Shown here piece after piece: positions 20,745-29,998 of a stretch of DNA of 36,498 nucleotides. Under the pieces are notes generated by a model. The model was given only the letters and a program-made list of their open reading frames with translations. It was not told the origin of the DNA and ran no database searches. Within the stretch, counting starts at the first letter, position 1. Every line of letters begins with the position of its first letter. Made by a program: the position numbers and the translations under genes. Source of the stretch: an uncultured bacterium (GTDB lineage Bacteria; Patescibacteriota; Minisyncoccia; Moranbacterales; UBA1568); NCBI GenBank assembly GCA_937864125.1, contig CALMHZ010000001.1:1-36498 (forward strand), in the 5' to 3' direction.

Positions 20745-21962
20745 TTGAATGACAAAAAACCTATGTCCGAACAAGAACAGAAAATCGACGAGACCTTGAC
20801 CCGCGGCGTAGCCGAGGTCATTGAGGGGGAGCATCTGAAGAAGCGCCTGCTTGGGGGCGAGAAGCTCCGGGTCAAGTTCGGTATCGATCCGACGAGCCCC
20901 TCTATCCATCTCGGGCGCGCGGTGTCGCTTCTTAAGCTCCGTGATTTCCAGGAGCTCGGATGCGAGATCGTCTTCATCGTGGGGGACTTCACCGGGACGA
21001 TCGGGGACACGAGCGACAAGGAGAGCGAGCGGCCCATGCTCGACGCGGAGACCGTTCAAAGGAACATGGAAACATATACGATACAGGCGGCCAAGATTCT
21101 CGATTTCGCAGGCGTCGAAGTGCGGTTCAATGCCGAATGGCTTGCCCGTCTCGATTACAAGGAAATTCTCGGACAAGCAGAGGCATTTTCGCTTCATGAT
21201 TTCATCTCTCGGGAGAATATCAAAAAACGACTCGACTCAGGAAAGCGTGTTTCGCTTCGGGAGCTTCTCTATCCGCTCATGCAGGGGCATGACAGCGTCG
21301 TCGTGAAGTCCGATGTCGAGATAGGCGGAAGCGATCAATGGTTCAATTTGCTCGCGGGGCGCAAGCTCCAAGAGCGCGCCGGACAGGCGCCGCAGGATAT
21401 CCTCACGACTGATCTTATCCTCGGAACCGATGGGCGTAAAATGAGCTCGAGCTGGGGAAATACGATCAACATCCTCGACGAACCGAATGATATGTTCGGC
21501 AAGGTGATGAGTCTCCCTGACACGCTTCTTGAAAGCTATTTTATACACTGCACCAGGATTCCGATGGAAAGAGTGAAAGAATTCCTGAAAGCTGATAATC
21601 CGCGCGACGCGAAGCTTCGGCTCGCCCATGAGATCGTGTCGCTTTATCATGGTGCCAAAGAAGCGGCAGACGCGGAAGCCTATTTCATAGATAACTTTTC
21701 GAAAGGAAAGATCCCGAATGATATTCCGGAGCTCGCGGTCGGCTATGAAGGGGATACCCGGAAATTTGAAAGTCTTGAATCCTTTATCGTCCGCATCGGA
21801 TTCGCCGCAAGCAAATCGGACGCGAGGAGGAAGATCGAGCAAGGCGGCGTCTCTCTCGATGGCGAGAAGGTAGCTGCCGAAGGGTTCATCTTTGATAAGG
21901 AAGCGCACGACGGGAAAGTGCTGAAAGTGGGAAAAAAGGATTTTGCAAGAATCGTATTCTAA
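20745..21962 (+). CDS. tyrS: Tyrosine--tRNA ligase
   Basis: GIDPTSPSIHLGR (HIGH), YPLMQGHD, GGSDQWFN, KMSSS and a C-terminal S4 domain. The start may be ATG 20763. Confidence 0.97.
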   Translation: MNDKKPMSEQEQKIDETLTRGVAEVIEGEHLKKRLLGGEKLRVKFGIDPTSPSIHLGRAVSLLKLRDFQELGCEIVFIVGDFTGTIGDTSDKESERPMLDAETVQRNMETYTIQAAKILDFAGVEVRFNAEWLARLDYKEILGQAEAFSLHDFISRENIKKRLDSGKRVSLRELLYPLMQGHDSVVVKSDVEIGGSDQWFNLLAGRKLQERAGQAPQDILTTDLILGTDGRKMSSSWGNTINILDEPNDMFGKVMSLPDTLLESYFIHCTRIPMERVKEFLKADNPRDAKLRLAHEIVSLYHGAKEAADAEAYFIDNFSKGKIPNDIPELAVGYEGDTRKFESLESFIVRIGFAASKSDARRKIEQGGVSLDGEKVAAEGFIFDKEAHDGKVLKVGKKDFARIVF

Positions 21963-21984
21963 TCCTCTCTTGATTCGCGGGAAA

Positions 21985-22125
21985 AGCAAAAACCCCCAAT
22001 GCAGGGGCGCATATGGATCCCGTGAAAACAAAGTGCGGAAAAATAATATTTTCCCTGAATTGCCAGGTGGGTTCCATGCTGTCGCCGAGGCGACATTGTT
22101 CAGCGCACCGTTCTGGAGGTTTCTT
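21985..22125 (-). ncRNA. Candidate structured ncRNA, 6S-RNA-like (apparently circularly permuted)
   Basis: Minus-strand promoter upstream; 5'/3' pairing AGAAACCUCCA/UGGGGGUUUUU; inner helix AUGGAACCC/GGGAUCCAU enclosing two hairpins and a U-rich single strand. Confidence 0.55.
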
Positions 22126-22130
22126 CTTCC

Positions 22131-22158
22131 AGTATAGCATTTCATTTTTTTCTGTCAC
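22131..22158 (-). promoter_or_regulatory. Promoter for the candidate ncRNA
   Basis: Minus strand GTGACA (22158-22153), 16 bp spacer, TATACT (22136-22131) with TGC extension. Confidence 0.6.
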
Positions 22159-22214
22159 GCATCCGGAGAAATTTCCCTTTGAAGCGCCGGCATGTATTTC
22201 TCGGCCTCTTTCTT

Positions 22215-22243
22215 TTGACCGAACGGCGCTTTCTTTGTACACT
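22215..22243 (+). promoter_or_regulatory. pheST promoter
   Basis: TTGACC (22215-22220), 17 bp spacer, TACACT (22238-22243). Confidence 0.65.
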
Positions 22244-22269
22244 GTAGCTATCATTTGGGAATTACTTTC

Positions 22270-23304
22270 ATGGTGAAGGAGAATATCGCCCGTATTATCG
22301 AGGAGGGAAAAGAAGCATTTGCTCTGGCAACAGAAGAGATGGTCTTTGCCGAACTTGAAAAAAAGTATCTGGGCCGAAAAAGCGATCTCTCGGACATTCT
22401 CAAGGGATTGAAGGATTTGTCGCCGGAAGAAAAGCGGGAGGCGGGGCCGCTTGCGAATGAGGGGAGATTGGTCCTCGAGAGGGCCGCGGAAGAGGCTCGG
22501 ACACGGATCGCTTCTTTCAAGCTTGCTTCCGAGGAGCATATCGATATAACCGTTCCGGGAAGAAAGCCTGCGGTGGGCCACCTTCATCCTATTACGCGCC
22601 TCACTCATGAGGTAGAGGATATTTTTTCGACTCTCGGATTTTCGGTGGTCGGGGGACAGGAAGTCGAGACGGAATTTTATAATTTCGACGCCCTTAATAT
22701 TCCCTCCGATCACCCGGCGCGTGATATGCAGGATACCTTTTGGATAGATTCGGAAGGATTGGATTCGCAGTATGTCTTGCGGACCCATACCTCTTCGGTG
22801 CAGGTGCGGTATATGGAGGCCCATACGCCCCCTTTTCGCATCGTGATTCCGGGGCGCGCGTTCCGCAATGAGGCGACTGACGCTTCCCACGAGCACACCT
22901 ATCACCAGTTCGAATGTCTCATGGTGGACGAGAGGGGAAAAGTGACCGTCGCGCATTTCAAGCATATCGCCGAGATGTTTTTCCGCGAATTTTTCGGACG
23001 CGATGTGAAAGTCAGGCTTCGGCCGAGCTTTTTTCCTTTCACCGAGCCGTCGTTCGAGTTTGATATCTCGTGCATTCTCTGCGACGCGAAGGGGTGCCCG
23101 GTGTGCAAGCAGTCAGGATGGCTCGAGATCGGCGGCGCGGGCATGATTCATCAGAAAGTATTCGAGAAGGCGGGATATGACGCGGGGAAATACCAGGGGT
23201 TCGCGTGGGGATTCGGCCTTACCCGGCTCGCGATGATGAAATACGGGGTCACCGATATCCGTCTCTTCATGGACGGGGATATACGGTTCATACGACAATT
23301 CTGA
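22270..23304 (+). CDS. pheS: Phenylalanine--tRNA ligase alpha subunit
   Basis: GHLHPI, HPARDMQDTF, LRTHTSSVQ, RPSFFPFTEPS and GFAWGFGLTR. Confidence 0.98.
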   Translation: MVKENIARIIEEGKEAFALATEEMVFAELEKKYLGRKSDLSDILKGLKDLSPEEKREAGPLANEGRLVLERAAEEARTRIASFKLASEEHIDITVPGRKPAVGHLHPITRLTHEVEDIFSTLGFSVVGGQEVETEFYNFDALNIPSDHPARDMQDTFWIDSEGLDSQYVLRTHTSSVQVRYMEAHTPPFRIVIPGRAFRNEATDASHEHTYHQFECLMVDERGKVTVAHFKHIAEMFFREFFGRDVKVRLRPSFFPFTEPSFEFDISCILCDAKGCPVCKQSGWLEIGGAGMIHQKVFEKAGYDAGKYQGFAWGFGLTRLAMMKYGVTDIRLFMDGDIRFIRQF

Positions 23305-23369
23305 TTATGAAGCGATTGCCAAAAACAATCGGATGGTTTTTTATGAAGAATTGGCATTTTTAGACACTT

Positions 23370-25733
23370 ATGAAATTCAGTTATAACTGGCTTACGGAAT
23401 TATCCGGCACGAAAAAGTCTCCCGAAGAACTCGCGGAGCTCCTGCTTACGCATTCCTTCGAGGTGGAGGAAGTACGTCCGTATGAGCATGGTCTTTCTGG
23501 CGTGGTGGTAGGCGAAGTCGTTGCGATCGCGCCGCATCCCAATGCCGATCGGTTGCGGGTCGCGCAGGTTTCGACGGGCGAGGAATCGCGACAGATCGTG
23601 TGCGGGGCTCCGAATATCGCCGTAGGGCAGAAAGTGGCCGTGGTGATGCCTGGCACGAAGCTTCAAAATGGAATGGAAATCGAGGCGGCTGAAATCCGCG
23701 GAGCAAGCTCGCTTGGGATGATCGCGTCGGAAGAGGAGCTGGGTATCGGTCAGGGAAAAGAAGGGATAGTTGTTCTTCCTCCGGATTCTCCAGTCGGCTC
23801 GCCGCTTGCGACGCTCCTCGGGCTTGACGATGTGATAGTGGATGTCAAAATCCTTCCCAATCGAGGCCGCGACGCGCTCTCGCACTTCGGGCTTGCAAGA
23901 GAAATTTCCGCCTTGGAGGGTCGGATCTTGGATCTTCCTTTTCCCCAAGAAAGATTTTCATCGGAACAAGGAGTACGGGATGCTTTCACTCTCTCGGTCG
24001 AGGCGAAAAGTGCCTGTCTTTTCTATGCAGGGTTACTTTTCGATCTCAGCACCGAAAAAAAATCGATATCTTTGGAGATGAAGGGCCGGATGCTGATGCT
24101 CGGGCATCACTCTCTTTTCCCGGCCGTCGACCTCGCGCAGTATTATTCGCTGCTCTATGGTCAGCCGATGCATGTTTTTGACGCGGATAAAATTTCAGGG
24201 CGGTCTCTCTCGGTTCGTTTCGCGCATCCGGGTGAAGTCCTCACCGTTCTTTCCGGGCATGAAATCACCTTAAGCGGAGAGGATATCGTTATCGCAGATA
24301 GCAAAGGACCGATAGCGCTTGCCGGTATCTCAGGAGGGAAAGAGAGCGCGGTATCGGAAGAGACGAAATCGGTCTGGGTTGAGATGGCGAATTTCGATCC
24401 CGCCGTGATCCGACGCTCTCGCGTGCGCCATGGGTTGCCTACGGCTGCCGCTTATTTGTTCGAGCACGGGGTAGATCCGATATGGCCGGCTATCTTGCCT
24501 TCTTCGCTTATACCCTCCTTTGAGAAGACCCTTGGCGCTCAGTACAAGGGAGGAGTCCGGTATCAAGGGAGCGAGGAAAAAGAAAAGCGCGTGATACATT
24601 TCTCCTTTGACCGCATCGAATCCACGCTTGGAATTGTCATCCCGAAGGAGAAAGTCATCTCTTTGCTTCGCGGTCTTTCGATCGGGGTGGAAATGAGCGG
24701 GGAGGAAATGACTCTTTCGATTCCTTCTTTCCGATCGGACCTTCTTGACGAGGTGGATATCATCGAGGAGATAGGCCGCGTCTACGGGTATGAGCACATT
24801 TCTCCGAGCATTCCTCTCGTACCCCTTCTTCTTTCGGAAGAAAACAAGGAAGAACAAATGAGTCGCGTCGCGCTTTCGGAGTGCGCGGCGCTCGGATTCG
24901 ATGAAATCATGACCTATTCTTTCTATGGCAAGGAAGAAAGGGAAGAAAGCGGAGTTCCTCTCGATGAGCATCTTCGCCTGCGGAATCCGATGAATCCGGA
25001 TCAGGCATATATGAGGGCGAAGCTTCTCCCGATGCTTTTCCGAAAAATGCGGGAAAATATGTATCGGAGCGAATCGCTTCGGCTGGTTGAGCGCGGAAAG
25101 GTATTTTTTCGCGAAGGAGCGGCTCCTCGCGAAGAAGACCACCTCGCGCTCGCTCTCTCGGAAAAGGAATCGGATGCGAGTGAGATTTTCTTCCGACTCA
25201 AAGGAATGGCGGAGCATCTCCTGGAAGTGTTGCGGATCGATACGGAGATCGCTTTTGTTCACGCGAAAAGCGCCCCTTCCTTCTTTCATCCCGGGAAAAC
25301 GGCGCAGGTAGTCGTCGAAGGAAAGGTGATAGGGATCATCGGAGAAGCGCATCCTGACTGTATGAAAAAATTCGGCGCGCGGAAAATGGCGGGAGCCGAG
25401 TTTTCACTCGACGCGATACGCGATCTTTCCTTGCGACCGCGCTCCATGCGTCCGTTGCCGAAGTTCCCTTTCGTTACGAGGGACATCTCTCTTCGAGTAC
25501 CCGAAGCGGTAACCGTAGCTTCTCTTGAGGAAGTGATCCGTCGCGCCGGACCGCCCCTTCTCAAGGAGTGCGTATTTTTTGATGTCTATGAAAAGGGTCG
25601 GGAAAAAAATATCTCTTTCCGTCTCGCGTTCGGTGCTGCCGATCGCACTATAGAAAAGACGGAGAGCGATCATGCGTTTGAACATATAGTGGAAGAAGCG
25701 GAGAGTGTTTTGGGCGCGCAGCTTTCCTTATGA
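23370..25733 (+). CDS. pheT: Phenylalanine--tRNA ligase beta subunit
   Basis: MKFSYNWL, HPNADRL, IVCGAPN, PNRGRDALSHFGLARE, DIIEEIGRVYGYE and C-terminal FDX-ACB (PKFPFVTRDIS). Confidence 0.96.
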   Translation: MKFSYNWLTELSGTKKSPEELAELLLTHSFEVEEVRPYEHGLSGVVVGEVVAIAPHPNADRLRVAQVSTGEESRQIVCGAPNIAVGQKVAVVMPGTKLQNGMEIEAAEIRGASSLGMIASEEELGIGQGKEGIVVLPPDSPVGSPLATLLGLDDVIVDVKILPNRGRDALSHFGLAREISALEGRILDLPFPQERFSSEQGVRDAFTLSVEAKSACLFYAGLLFDLSTEKKSISLEMKGRMLMLGHHSLFPAVDLAQYYSLLYGQPMHVFDADKISGRSLSVRFAHPGEVLTVLSGHEITLSGEDIVIADSKGPIALAGISGGKESAVSEETKSVWVEMANFDPAVIRRSRVRHGLPTAAAYLFEHGVDPIWPAILPSSLIPSFEKTLGAQYKGGVRYQGSEEKEKRVIHFSFDRIESTLGIVIPKEKVISLLRGLSIGVEMSGEEMTLSIPSFRSDLLDEVDIIEEIGRVYGYEHISPSIPLVPLLLSEENKEEQMSRVALSECAALGFDEIMTYSFYGKEEREESGVPLDEHLRLRNPMNPDQAYMRAKLLPMLFRKMRENMYRSESLRLVERGKVFFREGAAPREEDHLALALSEKESDASEIFFRLKGMAEHLLEVLRIDTEIAFVHAKSAPSFFHPGKTAQVVVEGKVIGIIGEAHPDCMKKFGARKMAGAEFSLDAIRDLSLRPRSMRPLPKFPFVTRDISLRVPEAVTVASLEEVIRRAGPPLLKECVFFDVYEKGREKNISFRLAFGAADRTIEKTESDHAFEHIVEEAESVLGAQLSL

Positions 25734-25782
25734 GACTCTTCCCATGAAAAAGAAGAAGGATGAGGTGTCTTTAAAAGAAGCA

Positions 25783-25811
25783 TTGACATAAAAATAAATT
25801 CATGCCATAAT
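25783..25811 (+). promoter_or_regulatory. rnpB promoter
   Basis: TTGACA (25783-25788), 17 bp spacer, CATAAT (25806-25811) with TGC extension. Confidence 0.75.
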
Positions 25812-25857
25812 ATCAACTTGTTTTCCGGTTGCGCAGAAGGTATTCGTGTTCTTTCAT

Positions 25858-26220
25858 TCCTGAAACAGGTCGAACTATCGCGTGTGCCGCAGGGCACATG
25901 AGGAAAGTCCGGACTCCCGCTCGGCCTTCGGCCGTGCAGCAGGTAATAGGTAACCCCTATACACCGCGAGGTGCGAGGTGCGAACAGTGACGCCCACATC
26001 CGAAAGGATGCGGGGCGTCCCGCAAAAGGCGGGGCGTAATCATCGGCACATGGTGCCGATGGGTGAAACGGCTAAATCCTTACCCGGGTGCAAGGTCGTG
26101 CCCCTTCAGTGTTTCGCAAGAGATGCGAAAAGGGGAGAACCGCAAGAATCGTCTGGCGACAGACGATCCAGACAAATGATAGTTGAGACACAGAATCCGG
26201 CTTATGAGCCTGTTTCAGGA
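25858..26220 (+). ncRNA. rnpB: RNase P RNA
   Basis: Universal P4 halves GAGGAAAGTCCGG (25900-25912) and ACAGAATCCGGCTTAT (26190-26205); P1 helix TCCTGAAACAGG/CCTGTTTCAGGA. Confidence 0.95.
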
Positions 26221-26316
26221 ACGAGAGGATGGGAATAGCACATAAAGGAGGCGTCGTGATTGGATGAAAGCGCGGAGGAGGTGTATATCCGGGTTCTTTC
26301 TGCTATATTTCAATAT

Positions 26317-27744
26317 ATGAAGAGGTCTGAAATTTATTTTAGCGCGATACAGGTCCCGGTCGATTATTTGCTGGTCGTCCTTTCCGCCGTCTCGGTGTAT
26401 CTGCTTCGGGATTTTCTCCCGGAAGTATCGGATATTCTGAGTCCGAAGCTGTACGATCTTTCTTTCGACGCGTTTCTCGAGCTTGCCTTGCTCACCGCGC
26501 CGTTGTTTCTCGTCATCTACGCGCTCGAGGGACTCTATATCATCCGCGCGACGAGGCGGTTTTGGAAGGAAGCGTTCGATGTGTTCAAGGCGACATCGCT
26601 TGGTATCGTCGTTATCATCATCGCGGTTTTCTTGGAGCGGGAATGGTTCTCTTCGCGCTTCATCATTCTCGCGGGCTGGATTCTTACGGTCGTCTATGTA
26701 GTGCTGGGGCGATATGTCATACAGCGCATCCAGCGGCGATATCTGGTAAAAAATGGCGTGGGGATGCACCGAGTGCTTCTCATCGGGGGGAACGGCCGCG
26801 TGCGACGCTTCGCGAAATTGTTCGCCAAGCATCCCGAGCTCGGGTATCGCGCCGTCGACATCATCGAAAGCTCGAAGGCGAGCTTGCAGAGGGTTACCGA
26901 AATACGGACCATGAAAGGGATCGATGAGATCATCGTCTGTGATCCCACGATTCCCGATGACGAACAGGAAAAGATTCTCGATTATTGTCAGATTCACAAT
27001 ATTTCGTTCAAATATTTTCCGACTACGCTGCAGACATCCCGGTTCGCGCTCCGTATATTCAACGGAGAGCCGATCATAGAGTTCCAGAACACCCCGCTCG
27101 AGGGCTGGGGAAGGGTGGCTAAAAGAATTTTCGATGTTTTCGCAAGCACGCTTCTTATCATCGTTTTTTCGCCGATCATGCTTGCGATCGCGATCCTCAT
27201 CAAGCTTGAGGATAACGCGGGGCCTATCATTTATCGTAATCGTCGTATCGGCGAGAACGGATCGGAGTTTTTCGCGTATAAGTTCCGCTATATGCAGTGG
27301 AAATATTGCGTAAGCAAACAGAATCCAGATTTCGAGAGGGCGCTCGCTTTCGAGAAAGACCTAATCATCAAGCATAGCGTGCGGAAAGGGCCTTTATACA
27401 AGATCAAGGATGATCCGCGAAAGACGAGGGTCGGTGCCTTTATCGAGAAATATTCGCTCGATGAACTTCCGCAATTTTTTAATGTGCTCATGGGCAGCAT
27501 GAGCTTGGTGGGTCCGCGCCCCCATCAGAAACGCGAAGTGGAAAAATATCGCGAGTACCATAGGCGGTTGCTTACCATCAAACCCGGCATTACCGGAATG
27601 GCCCAGATTTCCGGACGATCCGATCTTCCGTTCGAGGATGAGTATCGGTTGGATGTATATTACATTGAGAACTGGTCGTTGTGGCTCGACATACTGATTT
27701 CTTTCAAGACGGTGGGAGCGATGATCCGCCGTCGGAAAAATTAA
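26317..27744 (+). CDS. Polyprenyl-phosphate glycosylphosphotransferase (WcaJ/WbaP-like priming transferase)
   Basis: N-terminal TM helices, Rossmann-like VLLIGG, KRIFD, YKFRYM, DDPRKTRVG, SLDELPQFFNVLMGSMSLVGPRP, KPGITG and YIENWSLWLD. Confidence 0.95.
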   Translation: MKRSEIYFSAIQVPVDYLLVVLSAVSVYLLRDFLPEVSDILSPKLYDLSFDAFLELALLTAPLFLVIYALEGLYIIRATRRFWKEAFDVFKATSLGIVVIIIAVFLEREWFSSRFIILAGWILTVVYVVLGRYVIQRIQRRYLVKNGVGMHRVLLIGGNGRVRRFAKLFAKHPELGYRAVDIIESSKASLQRVTEIRTMKGIDEIIVCDPTIPDDEQEKILDYCQIHNISFKYFPTTLQTSRFALRIFNGEPIIEFQNTPLEGWGRVAKRIFDVFASTLLIIVFSPIMLAIAILIKLEDNAGPIIYRNRRIGENGSEFFAYKFRYMQWKYCVSKQNPDFERALAFEKDLIIKHSVRKGPLYKIKDDPRKTRVGAFIEKYSLDELPQFFNVLMGSMSLVGPRPHQKREVEKYREYHRRLLTIKPGITGMAQISGRSDLPFEDEYRLDVYYIENWSLWLDILISFKTVGAMIRRRKN

Positions 27745-27834
27745 AGCTTCCGCGCTTCCTCGGATTCCGGGATATAGGATATTTTTTGGAGATATTGTAT
27801 ACTAAAAAGCGTTAATCTTGTTTTAAAGTGGCGT

Positions 27835-28191
27835 ATGGAGCTTATCTTTCGATGGTTTTCGGTCGCGATCGGATTTATGGTGGCGGCATATTTTGTACCG
27901 GGCATCACCCTTACGGGCGGATTCGGAACCGCGTTGCTTCTCGCCGCCATCTGGGGTATCGTCGGCATGGTGGTGCGACCGATTCTCGTGATCCTTACCT
28001 TGCCCGTGACGATACTCACGCTCGGCTTATTTATTTTTATCATCAATGCGGGGCTTTTTTGGTGGCTTGGAGATATCCTCCAGGATTTTCATGTAGAAGG
28101 CTTTTTTCCGGCCCTGATCGGATCGATAGTACTTTCGGCCGTTTCATCTCTTATCGGTTTCGTGTTGAAGAAGTTCCGTGATGATGAATAA
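27835..28191 (+). CDS. 4-TM YvlD / 'phage holin family 4_2' membrane protein
   Basis: VRPILVILTLPVTILTLGLFIFIINA signature. Confidence 0.85.
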   Translation: MELIFRWFSVAIGFMVAAYFVPGITLTGGFGTALLLAAIWGIVGMVVRPILVILTLPVTILTLGLFIFIINAGLFWWLGDILQDFHVEGFFPALIGSIVLSAVSSLIGFVLKKFRDDE

Positions 28192-28194
28192 GAT

Positions 28195-29322
28195 ATGAAG
28201 ATCGCGTTGGTCCATGATTACCTCGTCCAGTACGGGGGCGCGGAGCGGGTGCTCGCGGCTTTTACGGAGATTTTCCCCGAGGCATCCATCTATACTTTGC
28301 TTCATGATAAGGAGGCGGTGCACGGGGCGTTCGATGATAAGCGCGTCTACACCTCATTCCTTCAGGGAATTCCTTATATCAAGCGGATGCACCGACTGTT
28401 TCCGCCTCTTATGCCGCCCGCGATCGAACAATTCGATTTTTCCATGTACGATGTCGTATTGTCGGATTCCTCAAGTTACGCGAAAGGCATCTTGACGAGT
28501 CCCCATACGCTCCATATTTCCTATATCCACACCCCTATGCGATACGCATGGGATGATTGTCAGAAGTACGCGCACGATTTCGGATTTCCTCGGATCATCA
28601 AGCGGTTCGTGCCGTTTTTTATGAACCTGATACGGATTTGGGATAAAAAGAGTGCCGACAGAGTGGATCTTTTCTTGGCCAATTCGCATTTTGTAAAGGC
28701 TCGAATCCGGAAATATTATCGCAAGGAGTCTTTCGTCATACATCCGCCTGTCGACACCGACCGATTTTTTATCGCAAGCCCGGAGAAAAAGAAAGATTAC
28801 TTTCTGATGGTGGGGCGGCTCATCGCGTACAAGCGCTTCGACATAGCAATCCGAGCCTTCAATCGCCTCGGGCTTCCGCTTAAGATCATCGGAAGAGGTC
28901 CCGATATGGCCAGGTTGAAGAAAATCGCGGGACCGAACATCGAGTTTCTCGGGCGAGTGTCCGATGAGGAACTGCCATCTTACTACGCGGAGTGCCGCGC
29001 CTTTATTTTCCCCCAAGAAGAGGATTTCGGCATCGTGGCGCTCGAGGCGATGGCGTCCGGGCGCCCCGTCATCGCCTTTCGGGGCGGAGATATCGAAGAG
29101 CGAGTCAAGGAGGGTCTTTCGGGGGTGTTTTTCAACGAGCAGACAAGCGAGTCTATCGTAGCCGCCGTGAAAAGGTTCGAGAAGGAATCGTTTGATGCGG
29201 AGAAAATCCGTGAAACCGCGCTTCCATTTGACAAAGCCGTATTTAAGAGCAAAATAAAGGCATATGTGGAAAAAGCTTTGAAAGACCATCAGGAGTCAAT
29301 TTCTCTCTCTTCCGTTCATTAG
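28195..29322 (+). CDS. Glycosyltransferase family 4
   Basis: MKIALVHDYLVQYGGAERV, YIHTPMRYAWD and EEDFGIVALEAMASGRPV. Confidence 0.93.
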   Translation: MKIALVHDYLVQYGGAERVLAAFTEIFPEASIYTLLHDKEAVHGAFDDKRVYTSFLQGIPYIKRMHRLFPPLMPPAIEQFDFSMYDVVLSDSSSYAKGILTSPHTLHISYIHTPMRYAWDDCQKYAHDFGFPRIIKRFVPFFMNLIRIWDKKSADRVDLFLANSHFVKARIRKYYRKESFVIHPPVDTDRFFIASPEKKKDYFLMVGRLIAYKRFDIAIRAFNRLGLPLKIIGRGPDMARLKKIAGPNIEFLGRVSDEELPSYYAECRAFIFPQEEDFGIVALEAMASGRPVIAFRGGDIEERVKEGLSGVFFNEQTSESIVAAVKRFEKESFDAEKIRETALPFDKAVFKSKIKAYVEKALKDHQESISLSSVH

Positions 29323-29352
29323 CCTCATGTGCGGCCCATCCGTATTCTTCCT

Positions 29353-29952
29353 ATGGAACTCCGATCGTTCATCAATATATTCGCAAAGGATAAAGGAGTT
29401 TTTTTCAGCGGCATTTTTATCGCGGTTTTGTTCGGCATACTTTTTTTCCATTTCCAAGGCGACCGCTATCTTGCCACGCTGTCTGTCAATGTGACACGAA
29501 GCGGACCGCCTGCGGGAATGGCCGAGTATCAGTATGATCAGTTCTATCGCCTGCAGGCCGATGAGCGATTCGCCGATACCGTCGTCCGCTGGCTGCTTAC
29601 TCCTTCGATGCGGTCGGCTATCGGGCGGGCTGCCGGAGTCGAGAAAAATGAGATATGGGGCTTGGAAGCGAAGCGTCTTTCTTCACAGTTGGTGGAGGTG
29701 ACTTATGAAGCCAGCTCTCCGGAGAAGTTTGGCGCGTATGCCGAGGCGATAACCCAGACGCTCAATAGGGAGTCGGCCGCGCTTAATAAGGAGGCTCAGG
29801 CCAAGGACTGGTTTGTCGTCATCGCGTCGCCGCCCTCGGTGGAAGATGCCCGCTATGAGTTGATGCCGATCGTTTTGGGAAGTTTTTTTCTCGGACTGTT
29901 CGTTTCATTTTGGACGGTGCTTGTAAGGTGGTATTGGAAGAAGGGAAGGTAA
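29353..29952 (+). CDS. Wzz/CapA-like polysaccharide co-polymerase (2 TM)
   Basis: N- and C-terminal TM helices around a soluble loop, with Y-x-A after TM1 and a Pro-rich stretch before TM2; located between two GT4 genes. Confidence 0.55.
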   Translation: MELRSFINIFAKDKGVFFSGIFIAVLFGILFFHFQGDRYLATLSVNVTRSGPPAGMAEYQYDQFYRLQADERFADTVVRWLLTPSMRSAIGRAAGVEKNEIWGLEAKRLSSQLVEVTYEASSPEKFGAYAEAITQTLNRESAALNKEAQAKDWFVVIASPPSVEDARYELMPIVLGSFFLGLFVSFWTVLVRWYWKKGR

Positions 29953-29998
29953 TACATGTTTTGACAGGGTCCTCTGGAGGGGTGGGCTGCGAACGGAT

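Noticed and set aside
21963-22269. T-box riboswitch or attenuator upstream of pheS
   Set aside because: No T-box consensus (AAnnnGGGTGGnACCGCG) with a terminator on the + strand, although GGTGGGTTCC is vaguely similar. A promoter lies only ~27 nt before the pheS start, and the expression signals favour the minus strand.
25978-26238. 86-aa ORF and other ORFs across 25670-26238
   Set aside because: They lie within or antisense to the RNase P RNA gene.
27835-28191. 'Phage holin' as evidence of a prophage
   Set aside because: This YvlD-like family is commonly chromosomal, and no integrase, capsid, terminase or endolysin genes are in the window.
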